The position numbers and the translations under genes are program-made. Positions 20,761 through 32,762 of a DNA stretch of 64,000 bases are shown piece by piece. This DNA is from a virus (Duplodnaviria > Heunggongvirae > Uroviricota > Caudoviricetes): IMG/VR virus record IMGVR_UViG_3300001687_000947; one strand, 5' to 3'. Within the stretch, counting starts at the first letter, position 1; the number at the start of each line of letters is the position of its first letter. The notes beneath the pieces are model-generated. The model was not told the DNA's origin, did not search any database, and was given only the letters and a program-made list of their open reading frames with translations.

Positions 20761-21976
20761 TGAGAAGTAGAAAAGAAATAATGAGTGACATAGAAGGATG
20801 TGTTGCTTGCGGTGGAGATGATGTTGGTCTACAGTTAATTAAACTTGAGATAGCTTTAGATATAAGAGAATTACTTGCTCATATGTTATATGGTAATCAT
20901 AATGCTCTTTGGTTGTTAAAAAATAGGGAAGATATAACTAGAATAGTTTATGAGGAATTATTAAATGAGAGTAATATTTAAATGTAATATTTATTTAAGT
21001 TTCCATTAAGGTGAAGAATATGGTAGTAATGATTGTTCAATGTGATATATGCGGTAATTACATTAGAGGAGATAAAATATGTGCATATGTTATTACACCT
21101 GATGATAAGATATTCTGCAAATCATGTTTAACTCAACCAAGTACAGTTAAGCAAAGTAAATATGCTAAACAAACACTTGAGAATGTTATTAAATGGTTCT
21201 TCAGGTCACAGACAGGTGAAAAACAATGTAATGATGAAGAGGAAGAGGATTATGGAAGACTTAATTGATGTAGGATATTTGTGTGAGGATGAATATTATG
21301 AGTAAAGGTAAATTTGAACATTATTTAACTAAGATTTCTTTTGAAGATAGTAATTATGATGAGAATATTATACTCTTATCAGAGGCTAAGAAGATAGTTA
21401 AATTAGCTTTAGAAGAATTACTTTCATATAAAGCTCTTTATAATTATGAAGAGATACAAGTTCCTGATGCATGGCAACCTTGGTTAAAAGATTGGTTTGC
21501 ACATGAAATTAAGATGGTAGAGATAGAGAATATTAATAATAAGATAATGAATGAGATAATGAAAAAAATAGCACAGTTTATTGAAAACTATGCGCATAAT
21601 CCTACAACACTAAGAATTAACCCAGAAGATTATGCTCTTTTGCTTGATGAAATTGATGGTTTGAAAAAAATGGTTCCCTTAAGGAAAGAATATCCTGATA
21701 TGTGCTTTGGGTTAAAAATTGTGATTGATAATGAACTATCAAAAGGAACAACTTTGATGTATTAAAATTGGGAAAGATAAAAAATGAATAAGAAATTTAT
21801 ATCAGTTATATTAGCATGGTTTGGTTATGGTATAACACTTCATGCTATAGCAGGAGAGTTATATGATAAAGGGGGATACCCAGAGATACTTGCTCCACAA
21901 GGTGAATGGATAGGTATGAGTATATTAGCTATAGCCTTGATATTAATTACATATTATATTTTAGAGAATAAATAAT

Positions 21977-22144
21977 ATGAGAAACTGTAAGATATGTGGA
22001 GAGAAAATGGTTTTTAGTAAACCATTTAAGAAAGTGAAACTTAGGGATTTTATTGTTTATTATTGCCCAGAGTTTATATGTAAGAATAAACATACAATTA
22101 AAGTTAGTTATAAAGGAGAGATTATAAAAGATGAGATGCATTGA
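21977..22144 (+). CDS. Small zinc-ribbon protein (55 aa), below ORF-track threshold
   Basis: MRNCKICGEK...YYCPEFICKNKH. It overlaps the next ORF's start by 14 nt. Confidence 0.35.
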   Translation: MRNCKICGEKMVFSKPFKKVKLRDFIVYYCPEFICKNKHTIKVSYKGEIIKDEMH

Positions 22145-22292
22145 TTGTGATTCAAGTGTTTCCATTAAAGGATGTAAGAAGGGTGAAATAGTTACCTGTA
22201 GTGATTGTGGATTAGAGTATGAAATTGTTGTACGTAATGGAAGACTTGTTGCTATAGAGTTAGAGTTAGATGGTGAAGATTGGGGAGAATAG
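22131..22292 (+). CDS. lysW: LysW/ArgW-like amino-group carrier protein (53 aa)
   Basis: The translation is MRCIDCDSSVSIKGCKKGEIVTCSDCGLEYEIVVRNGRLVAIELELDGEDWGE. It has a CxxC...CxxC zinc ribbon, a GEIVTCSDCGLEYEIV core like GELVxCxDCGAELEV of characterised LysW, and an acidic tail ending in the hallmark EDWGE-COOH. Confidence 0.75.
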   Translation: MRCIDCDSSVSIKGCKKGEIVTCSDCGLEYEIVVRNGRLVAIELELDGEDWGE

Positions 22293-22577
22293 AGTGGTGA
22301 GTATTATGAAAGTAGTAGTTAAGGATCAATCAAGGATAGAGTTAATATCTGAATCCAGTCTTGATGTGATAGTCTTAAGTAACTTCTGGAGAGATAAGAA
22401 GATTAAGATTCTTAAAGGTGAAGTATATCATTATGGTAATATTAATAGTAAAGATGATGTTTTAAAATTACAAATTATATCTGAAAAGTACGTTAAGATT
22501 AATGATAAAAATGATACTGAAACTGGAAACTATTATAAGTCTGATAATCATATCTAGCTTAGAGAAAGTAATAAGGG

Positions 22578-22802
22578 GTGAATTGTATGGAAGGTGATGG
22601 AGCAACCGTTACTGGAGCAGGACTTGTTATTATTGGTGTACCATTGTTAGTTAAAGGTGTTGATCTTGTTAGTACTGATTTGACTACAGGAATAGCATCT
22701 ATAGGCGTTGGAGCAGGATTAATGATAGCTGGATTTATAGCTATCAGGTTTGGCTTACTTAAAGCTTCAGTAGCTAAAGTTGCAAAAACATTCAAGTTAT
22801 AA
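22578..22802 (+). CDS. Small two-helix membrane protein (holin-like topology)
   Basis: Gly/Ala/Ile-rich hydrophobic segments GAGLVIIGVPLLV and IGVGAGLMIAGFIAI. A terminator lies immediately downstream. Confidence 0.35.
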   Translation: MNCMEGDGATVTGAGLVIIGVPLLVKGVDLVSTDLTTGIASIGVGAGLMIAGFIAIRFGLLKASVAKVAKTFKL

Positions 22803-22857
22803 TCTAGACTGAGAGTGTGCTGGAAGTAAATACAGTATGGTCTGCAAAACCATATAT

Positions 22858-22920
22858 GAGAGTGAAAATCTCTCCACTCTCTCCAGATTATACTTTTTTT
22901 TTATTTTTTATTTTTTTATT
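22858..22920 (+). terminator. Intrinsic-type terminator: GAGAG-N7-CTCTC hairpin, nested in a longer GAGAGTG/CACTCTC inverted repeat, followed by T10/T-rich tract
   Basis: gagagtgaaaatctctccactctctcc is followed by tactttttttttattttttatttttttattt. It lies in the only large (177 bp) intergenic gap in this region. Confidence 0.5.
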
Positions 22921-22972
22921 TAAAAAAGTTATATTTAAGAAAGGGCTTGATAAGAAAGGGGTTAAGTAAATA

Positions 22973-23668
22973 ATGTTTGGTGATTATTTAACATCAACAG
23001 TAGATTATCCAGATAAAGTTTGTACAACAATATTTACTAGAGGATGTAATTTACATTGTGGATACTGCTATAATTCTAGTTTATTTATACAGAATAATCC
23101 TAAAGATATACCTGTAATTAAAATGTTAGATATACTTGATAAAAGAAAGCTTTTAACTAATTATGTTTGTGTTACAGGTGGAGAGCCAACTATTCATAAT
23201 GATTTACATTCTTTCTTAAGATATTTACATATTAATGGATTTAAAATTAAACTTGACACTAATGGTTCTAGACCACATGAACTAATGAAGTGTTTAAATT
23301 ATGTGGATTATATTGCTTTGGACATTAAAACATGTGCAAATCTTTATTACACATTAAGTTATCCAACAGAATTTCCAATACAGAATCTTAGGGATTCAAT
23401 TAAACTAGTTAAAGAAAGCGGTGTTGATTATGAATTGAGAACTGTTATGATGCCATTTTATGTTAATGAGAGAAATATACATGATATAATTAATTTAGTT
23501 GGTTGGATGGGTAATCCAATGTTGTATAGGTTATTACAATTTAATAATGAGAATTGTTATTTAAGTAGATGGTGTGGTAAAGTTAAACCATATACTTTAG
23601 ATAGGATATTAAACTTTAAGAAAATAATAGAAAGTTATGGGATAAATAATGTTAAAGTGTCTATATAG
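22973..23668 (+). CDS. nrdG: Anaerobic ribonucleotide reductase activating protein-like radical SAM enzyme
   Basis: The TRGCNLHCGYCYNS CxxxCxxC cluster sits near the N-terminus and LDTNGS follows, as in NrdG/PFL-activase-type small radical-SAM proteins. nrdD is present in the same window. Confidence 0.6.
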   Translation: MFGDYLTSTVDYPDKVCTTIFTRGCNLHCGYCYNSSLFIQNNPKDIPVIKMLDILDKRKLLTNYVCVTGGEPTIHNDLHSFLRYLHINGFKIKLDTNGSRPHELMKCLNYVDYIALDIKTCANLYYTLSYPTEFPIQNLRDSIKLVKESGVDYELRTVMMPFYVNERNIHDIINLVGWMGNPMLYRLLQFNNENCYLSRWCGKVKPYTLDRILNFKKIIESYGINNVKVSI

Positions 23669-25166
23669 TATACATGTTAAAAGAAAGTGTTATAAATATG
23701 AAAAACAATATAAAAGGTGGTTATTTATTTGGATAGAGAAAGCTTAGTTGTTATTTTAGAAGATATGTGTGATGATATGATAAAGGAAGGTAAAGGGGTT
23801 ATAATTGTTGAAGGACCAATAATAAAGAATATTGGAGAAAATAATTATGAGTGTAATATAGAGTTCTTTGCTGATTTACCTTTAGAGGAAACAGAAGGCA
23901 AGCCTATTAAATTGATAGGTTTACATTATAAATTTGATCTTAATAAAATGAGTGATGATGATGTGTTTTCAGCAATAGCTATGTCTCTACTTGAGGCTAG
24001 AGAAACAACTGCTAGGTTATTTTTTCAAACTATGTTTAAGGGTATGGCTGAATCAGCAGGTAAAGCTTCAGATAAACAGAAGGAATATTTATCTTGACAA
24101 ATATGAGGTTTAATGTTAAGGAAGCTAGGGATCATCTAATTATGTGTGGTTATGTATATACCTTAAGGAAATGGGGTAAGTATCCTAAGATATGTACTGC
24201 CATTTATGATAAAGGTAAGGATATAATTAGAATAGGTAGAATTGAAGTAACCAAGGTTTTAGATAATATTACTGATTATAGGCAACTTGAACCATATTAT
24301 AATGGTAGTGGATTTAAGAGTCCTGCTCAATGGTTTAATAGAGCAATATCAGTTGGTAAAGTTGATAATTTTTATTTGTATAAAGTGGAAGGAAATGGTA
24401 AGAGGTAAATTAAAGAAGGAAATAGAGAAACTTAAGTATAAATATGATAGTGCAGGTGTAGATGAAGTTCCAATGTTTAATGCTATCTTCAAGATTATTG
24501 ATGAGATGATTAATGAATTAGATAAGGAATGGAATGAACTTGTGTTTTTAGGAAGATATTGTGATTTTGAAAGATTGTTAGAGAAATGGGGTTTAATTAA
24601 GGAGTTGATAGTAAATGAATAAACAAAATAAATACAAGTGTAAAGGTGAAGATTGTGATTTTAATGATTTGCTTGAGAACTATCATGTGTTTAGTATACC
24701 ATGTGGTGATCAACTTAACATTTATTTAGTGTGTCCCAAATGTGGAGAAGTGCATTTTTGTCATCATTTAATGCATCCAGTTAATTATTGTGTGAATGCC
24801 TGTTTATCACACTTATTAGCAGCAAGTACAAGTGAATATTCTACACAAGAGGAAGCAGATAAGTTTAAGGAAATAATGATAGTTGAACTTGGTTTACTTC
24901 CAATTAATGAAGTGGTAAAGAAGTTTAATGAATATCTTGATATTCCTGAGCCATATAAGGTAATTGAAAGCTCAAGAGTTGGTATTTAATATAGGTGAAC
25001 TTAAGGATGATAACTGAATTAGGTTTAACTGAATTATATTGTAGATGGAAGCATTGGAGAAGTAAGAATTGGAGTTGTGATAAATGTCCAATGTGGGGAT
25101 GGTGTTTATTTTGGATAATGTTCAAGAATGGAGAGGTAAATATTAATTGAGTTTACAGATGAGCAA

Positions 25167-25835
25167 TTGTTTAATGAATACATAAAAGAAGAGAATAGAA
25201 AGTATCTGGAGAAGGAAGAAGAAAAAAGGCATAAAGTTAAAATGGAAGTCTACATTCAAGTGAAATTAAAGATACTTGATCTGTTCTGTGGGGCTGGTGG
25301 TTGGACTGTTCCATTCTTGGAATATGGGGACTACTGTGTTGGTGTAGATATTAAAGAGTGTTATAGTCCCTACCCAGCCCACTTTATAAAGCAAGATATA
25401 GCTACATTGGATGGTAGTAGATTCAAGGATTTTGATTTGGTTATAGGTAGTCCACCTTGTGTAGAGTTCAGTAATTTCCGTTATAAAGGTACACATGTGC
25501 ATGGATTAATTCCTAATCCAGAGAAGGGTATGCCTTTGATAGAGGAGTTCTGGAGAATAGTAGATGAGGCTCAGCCAAGGTTTTATGCTATGGAGAATAT
25601 TAAGGCGTTAACTAAATATTATGATAGGAAACCTCAATGGCACTTTATGATTAGTAAGGGTGGTAAACGGTGTTTATGGACTAATATTCCTATACCGTTA
25701 ACTAACCAGTTTGTGTTCAGGCACAAGATAGGTGATATCTATGGTTGGGAGAAGCATAGGTGGAAACGGGCGTATATTCCGTATAATATTGCTAAGTTTA
25801 TAGCAGATTGTGTTCATAAGGAGATAGATAAATGA
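25167..25835 (+). CDS. C5-cytosine methyltransferase-like protein, unusually short (222 aa)
   Basis: Motif I LDLFCGAGGW, motif IV GSPPCVEFS (the PC dipeptide) and motif VI-like AMENIKAL are present. No recognisable target-recognition region or motifs IX/X were seen. Confidence 0.5.
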   Translation: MFNEYIKEENRKYLEKEEEKRHKVKMEVYIQVKLKILDLFCGAGGWTVPFLEYGDYCVGVDIKECYSPYPAHFIKQDIATLDGSRFKDFDLVIGSPPCVEFSNFRYKGTHVHGLIPNPEKGMPLIEEFWRIVDEAQPRFYAMENIKALTKYYDRKPQWHFMISKGGKRCLWTNIPIPLTNQFVFRHKIGDIYGWEKHRWKRAYIPYNIAKFIADCVHKEIDK

Positions 25836-27161
25836 TAACGGATAAGATACAATTTGATAATATAACTTTAAATGATCATTATGCTCCATTTGGATGTAAC
25901 CTTGAGCTTGAAGCAAATATGGATGAAACAGAATACTATAAAGTTACAAAGTTTTCTATAAACTGCTACTTTGGTGACATTATTAAGTATGATAAAAACA
26001 ACAAGGTTATATGGGATATGGGAAAGAATACACTATTCCGTAAGCGTAAGAGATTTAGTGTATGTGATTTTACATCTATGTGTCTTGGCTGGGAGTCTGT
26101 TCTTAGCACTATTGTTATAGTAGAAGGGTTTATTCCAGCTATGAAATTAGATGATTGGCATATAAAAGAGAAAGGTAATTTACCGTTAATGTTTTGGAAT
26201 GAGGAAATAGATAAAAAATGAATAAAAGTAAAATAAAAAGTAGAGCAGATAAAATAGATAAGAATATTGAAAAAATAGCTGATGATATAATAGAGTTGTT
26301 TTATGAGAGACATATTGATTTACTTATGCCTGATACTACTAGTACAATAGCCAGAGCAGAAGTAAAACAATTAATTATAGACAAGCTAGTTAAATTATGT
26401 TATGGGTGGTGGTAAATTAATGAAAGTGTATATTTTATTTAATACGGAAGATGGTGAGATTATAGATGTGTTTAGTAGTGAAGAGAAGGCTAAGATTTAC
26501 TTGATGAATAATTACTCTAGTGATTATGTTGATGATTTTATTGATATTATAGTGAAGGAAGTTAAGTAATGAAGAAGATAGAAGCTATTAAAGAATTAAT
26601 TAAACATTTAGATAAATATCCAACTTCAGAGAAAGAAGAAAAGAATCTAGAATATAGAAGTAAAATGATAGAGGGTAAGATAAATAAACTTAAGAAGTCT
26701 GATGTTCTTATTGAAAGATACTTTTATCAGGGATGGGGTGTAGATGAAGGTAAGTACTTTATGAAGGTTGAAGTTCCAAGGCAAACAAGACCACGTGATG
26801 TTTGGATAATTAGAGGTCCTTGGGATAATGGCACAGAAGAGATTAAAATTCCAATGAAGACTTTTCTAAGAAGTCCTAGTGAATATTATGGATTTCTTGG
26901 TGAACAAGAAGAAAGGGTAAGAGATTTAAGGAGAGATATTAATAAGATAATATCTTTAATTGATGAAAAGCATAAGCTTGATACTGAAAGATATGATATT
27001 CAAGGAAGAAAACATAAAGCTTGGTATGATAGGAAAGAAGAGTTAAAGTGTTATGTTGGAAAGAATATATTTAATATTATAGATGAGCTGGAGAGAGATA
27101 TGGAACATGATCCATATGGTTTAGTAAAATATGTGTTGACAAATTTACTTGAGGAAATAAA

Positions 27162-27515
27162 ATGATAGTTGATTATACTTGGGATGATATAAGAATATTA
27201 CCATTACAATCATATGGTAAGCTTAAGGAAGGAGAGAGGTTTGATGAGACTAAAAGATGGGTCTTTATGGGTAGGGCAGATAAAGATTTTGAGCAGTATA
27301 AGTTACCTATATTTATAGGAGCTTGTTATCTTAGATCACAAGATGAAATTGATGATTTAACTTTAGAAGAAATAATAGTACATGAAACTGTACATCAGTT
27401 AATATTCTTAATTGCTGGTAGTGCAGCAAGTTGGAGTTTAGATAAAATGGTATTTAGAAGAGATTATATTGATGGGAATAGAATTCATATACAGAAAAAT
27501 AAAGTGGTATTATAA
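27162..27515 (+). CDS. Small HExxH zinc-metallopeptidase-like protein
   Basis: EIIVHETVHQLIF contains HExxH. The ORF is 117 aa. Confidence 0.3.
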   Translation: MIVDYTWDDIRILPLQSYGKLKEGERFDETKRWVFMGRADKDFEQYKLPIFIGACYLRSQDEIDDLTLEEIIVHETVHQLIFLIAGSAASWSLDKMVFRRDYIDGNRIHIQKNKVVL

Positions 27516-30329
27516 ATGAATGTAGAAGAAGTAAAGAATGATTTAAAGAAAGTAATTGAACTTAAGGGAGGATTCTTTAAATATGGAACTGATAAATATA
27601 AGGAAGCATATGAAGAACTATATTCTATATATGATAAATATGATGATGGTATATTAAGAGGAATAAGTTATGATGAGCCTTATGATGGTGCATCACCATT
27701 TGGTGATTTCTTAGTTGTAATAATAAGGACACTTGGTGGAAAGGTTGATATAGTTAATAATGAATATGTTATAAGGTGATATAATATGTCAAGTGATTAT
27801 CCAGAAAAATACGCAACTAAATCTGAGGAAGATATGAAGAAAGAATCAGATTATTATTGGACATGTAGTTTCTGCGGTAAAATTAGGAATGAAGGTACAT
27901 TATCTAGATGTAAAAATTGTGATGGTGTAAGGAAGACCGCTTAATGAACAAATTGGATTTTGAACAACTTAGAAAAATAGAGATGTTGTTACTTAATTTA
28001 GTTGCAGAGACAGAACATACCATGTTTTCAAATAACAAGTTTCCAAATGAAGAAATATTGAATTTAAATTCTACTGCATTTAACGCTTTATTAACTATAG
28101 AAAAGATGGTTAGTGATTACAATTTAAATGAAATGAGAGGTTAAGAATGTTATGAAAAACCAGAAAGTAATAGATAGTATATGTGAACAATGTGTTAAGA
28201 AGTGGGGTATAAATAAGCAAACTGATCAGGCTATTCAAGAAATGGCTGAACTTATTAAGGCTATACTGAAACTTAGACAAATGGAAGGATATTCTGATGT
28301 TGATAAGTATAATAGGTTTATGGAAATGCTTGAGGAAGTTGTTGATGTAGAGTTTATGATAAGACAATTAAAGTATATGTTACTTAATAGTTTGAAAATG
28401 GATTTTGAATATGAGCAAATATGGAATAATAAAATTAAGAAAATACAGGCTATGATAGATGCTTAGTAGTATTAGTATTAATGGTATTATTTTACAAATA
28501 GTTAAATTACGTGTTTTCTTTAATTTATCTAAAGAAAATGATGTAACAGAAGATATGATACAATATCATATTTTAACTGCACTAAATAGTATTAGACATG
28601 AAGGAGTTAGAAAGGATCTTATTCCTATATCAAATACAGAAGGGAAGTGGAAAGTGGAATATGATGAGTCTACAGGTTTATATAATATAATGTTAACTGT
28701 GGGGTGTTTTAATAGAGATGAGTATGAAACGGTTAGAGGATTATCTCAGGAATAAACGGAGAACAGTAGAGAATAATCCTTGTTTATTGGTTGGTAGTAG
28801 TTATACTAAACTATGTAGAAATTGTGATGGTTATAAAGAGAAATGTAAGAATAAGGTTTATGATACTATGATTGAGGGAGTACAATTATATTATGACTGA
28901 TGTAAGAAAAACAGCAGAGTTACATTGGAATTACACTAAAGGTATTATAGAAAGAGTAATGAAACTTTGTGCTGTAGATGACAGTTTTCAAATTGAAGAG
29001 TTTATTGAAATGTGCCATTACATTTATGTAGAGGTTTTTATACATGGATATAAACATAGGGTAGGAGAATGTGATAGTAAATGATAATGTATTACCGTTG
29101 TCCATCATGTAAAGCAGTACATAAAATATTAATAACGCAACAGATGATAAATAATAAAGAGTTTACTTTGGTCTGTTGTAATACTGGTAATGATATTTTA
29201 ACTAAAATAAAATTGGAAATGCAGGTTATTCCAGATATTTCTAAGGTTGATTTTGCTGTTGCTGAAGAGGAAAGTAAAGTAGCTGATCAGAAATGGCTTT
29301 ATGAGGAAACAGCTGAAGTGCAGAAGAGAATTGCTAGTTTAAAGAAAAATGAAGAATATAATAATGAAGTGTAAATGTGGTTGGACTAGATTCTATAAGG
29401 CTGAGATAGATATAGGTCAAGCTAAACAAATAGTTGATTTCTGTGAGAGATGTGGGACAGTATATTTTGATGAAGAAGAGAAAGGGCACATATATGAATA
29501 TCCTAAACGTGTACTATTAAGATTACCAGAAAATAACATATAATTAGTAATGTTTATAAGAGTAAATTAGTATATAATAAGGGAATATAAATTGAGTAAA
29601 AGAGCTAAACCAATTAAATTATTTGGTAAGTATTTAACCTTAAAATATGATAAAGACAATCCTCATATCTATACGCTTATTTTATATAGATATGAGCCAA
29701 TTATACCAAATATTCTCAAGAGAGAATATAATGAAGCATTTAAGAATAAACAGGTTACCATTTTAATTAGTGAAGGGTTAGATACTAATGAAGTATATCC
29801 ACACTTTGATGAGATACAAGAAACTATTAATAAAATTAAACTCAAAAAAGCAATTGAACGTGGAGAGCAGAAAACTTTATGATCAAGGTTATTTTTGTTT
29901 GTGAACTTCAAGATACTGAAACTTTAATTAAGTTATTGAAAGAACTTAAGAAGATTCCAAAGAAAGTTCCAGTATATTCAACTTCAATAGAATCACAGGG
30001 GGAGTTAAAGGTTTATGGTAAAAAGGTGAAAGGTTACGTAATAAAAGATATTAAAGGTAATGAGTTGAATAAAATATGAATAAAATAGGAAATGAATTAA
30101 ATATCTATCTTACTCAGGGTACTGAGAAGGATGGCATTGGGGTTGGGTTAACAATAGATAAACCCATAACTGTTAAAGATCTTAAGAGAAAGCTTATGGA
30201 AACTTTAACATTAATAGAAGAAACTTTAGATGAGAATGATATAGATTGGAACACAAAGTTCAATGTGTCATTTATGGTGGATGTTCAATAAATGGCAATA
30301 AAATATTCATGTGATAGATACGGTGTAGA

Positions 30330-31322
30330 ATGGGAAGAATTAGATTGGTGATTAATATGGGATTATATGAAAAACTTAAAGCATTAGAGCCATTCAGTTT
30401 ATCTTGTCACCATGATGCTGATGGAATATATAGTGCAACATTACTCAGAAGAATATTTAATATTAAGAAAGATGAAGAAGGAGAAGATATAATTGAGATT
30501 CCAGAATTTGGCACATATACTACAGATGTTGCTGTAGATTTAGGGTTCCCAGAAGACACTAGTTGGTCAGGAATTTGTATAGACCACCATCCAGACCATC
30601 CAGAAGATAGGAAATACAAGCTTTATTGGGATTATTGTCCAACGGGTTTGATCTTATATAACCACTTGAAGGAACATATCAAACCAGAAGATTATTGGTT
30701 GGTAGTTGGTTCCCTAGCTGGTGATGGTCAACCAGATTTAACTCCAGACGCAATATGGGATTCTTGTCCTGAATTACTTGGGGGAAGAGGCATCCTATAT
30801 AAATCCCAATGGAAACTGGGAATAAGCAGTACTCCATTGTACAGGTTCTTATCTTCTGGTGTCAATTCTTTATGTAGACAAGGATTTCCAGAAACAGCAT
30901 TAGAAGTTCTAGAGCATACAACTAATCCAGTTGATTTACTTGAGAATGATATTGTTGTTGATGCTGTAGATGAAATGAGAAAGGAAGAAGATGCTATTTA
31001 TAAAACTAAACCAGTTGTTGAGTCACTAGGAAACTTTGCATTAATACGCATTAAACCAAGTAAACCACAGATTAACTTACATGGTTTAATAGCAAGTAGG
31101 TTAATGGGTAATGATAATAAGATAACTTATATTGTGTTAAATACTGAAAGCGGTAAAGGAAGTATACGTGGTGATTTAGCTAAGTATATGAGTAACAAAC
31201 TGTTAGCTAAAGGATTTAAGGCTGGTGGACATAGTGCATATTGTGGCGTTAAAGTTGCTGAAAATGAAGTGGAGAAGTTAGTTGATACTATAAGAAAGAT
31301 AGCTATAGGATTAATAAAATGA
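30330..31322 (+). CDS. DHH-family phosphoesterase (RecJ/Cdc45/GAN-like)
   Basis: SCHHDADGIYSA (DHH motif I/II HxDxDG) and CIDHHPDH (DHH motif III) are present. It sits at the start of the replication/recombination block. Confidence 0.6.
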   Translation: MGRIRLVINMGLYEKLKALEPFSLSCHHDADGIYSATLLRRIFNIKKDEEGEDIIEIPEFGTYTTDVAVDLGFPEDTSWSGICIDHHPDHPEDRKYKLYWDYCPTGLILYNHLKEHIKPEDYWLVVGSLAGDGQPDLTPDAIWDSCPELLGGRGILYKSQWKLGISSTPLYRFLSSGVNSLCRQGFPETALEVLEHTTNPVDLLENDIVVDAVDEMRKEEDAIYKTKPVVESLGNFALIRIKPSKPQINLHGLIASRLMGNDNKITYIVLNTESGKGSIRGDLAKYMSNKLLAKGFKAGGHSAYCGVKVAENEVEKLVDTIRKIAIGLIK

Positions 31323-32762
31323 ATAGTGTAGATAAGGAATTAATTCAATCTTTGAAGAAAGCAATAGTTGATATAGAGAATGGTACATTTCAGGGTGTAA
31401 TATGGAGTTCAGATATTAAAAATGGTGTAATATATGGTAAAGCTGTTAGTGGAGATATGAATGATAGAATAAATGTTCTTGATTTATTGTTTCAATCTAT
31501 CTATGAAGAATCAAATATGGAAAGTAGAACATGGGGTATGATGGAGATATATAAGAGATTCAAGTATTATTTTGGTAATCTTGAAAGTATGTTAGATAAC
31601 TTTAGTGGTATTAAAGTGTATGGAGAGAAGAAAAGTGAAACCCAAGTATGAAGAGAAAGTATTTATTGAGTGTATAGAAAGTGGTGGAAGTTTACTTGAT
31701 CCACCATGTGATTGGCATAAAGATGGTTGGTGTGGAACACAACCTCCACATGAGTGCATTTATAAACTTAAATTAATGAAGGTGAAGAGAAGTTGAGAAA
31801 GTTTGTAGTTACAAAAACTGGAGATCTAACATGGAGAGTCTTAGAAGATGAAGAGGCTAATGAGGAATTTGTTAGATATGATATCTTTGAGGATAGATTC
31901 AAGTGTACATGTAAGTTTAATGTAGCTACAAACATATCATGTAAAGATATTAGGTTTGTTAAAATATTTGAGAATAACGGACAAAGGGAATTTGAATTAT
32001 AATGATGGATGTAAAAGGTAAGATAAAAAATGTAGTAAGCAAATCAGAAAGTAAAGCTTGGGCTTACTTTAAGCAAGTACTTAATGATGATGAAAAATTT
32101 GTAATGTTTAAAGAAAAGAAAAAACGTATAGGAATTAATGGTAATAATGGCGGAATATATTTTTTGTATCCTAATGGGCAAATTGTTAGACTTGATGATG
32201 ATAGACCAATGATGGGTAATATTTACTTTAATAATACAATACATAAAGTTGATTTTCTTACTACAGTATTAATGTGGATTAAACATAATGAGAAAGAACT
32301 TAAACGTGTATGGGGTTGTGGTAGTTTAAGTATGTTATATAATGGTCATAGGAGAATGAGAGAACCAACTGCACATCTTAACCGCAGACCAATGCATGAG
32401 GAGACTCCAATTACACTTAATTATTGGAATAATTGGCATCCATATTCAGGATTATGGATGGATGCTGAGAATAATACACTTACTATTGGTAGCTTTACAG
32501 CTATGATGATGGGCAGTTAATTATGTTAATTAAAAGGAGTGATTAAAATGGTAAAAATAAGAATGATGGATAGAACTGGTGACAAAGTAACCAATGTGCC
32601 TTTAAATGAAGCACTTGAAACTATTGAAGAGAACTTAGATCAAGGAAACTTAGTGTATAATGAAGATGAGAAGAAACTAGTTACTAAAGCAACTATGGGA
32701 CAAATAACTGAAGAAAGTAATGTTGGTATAACACCAGCAATTAGGGGTGGTTAAATATAACT

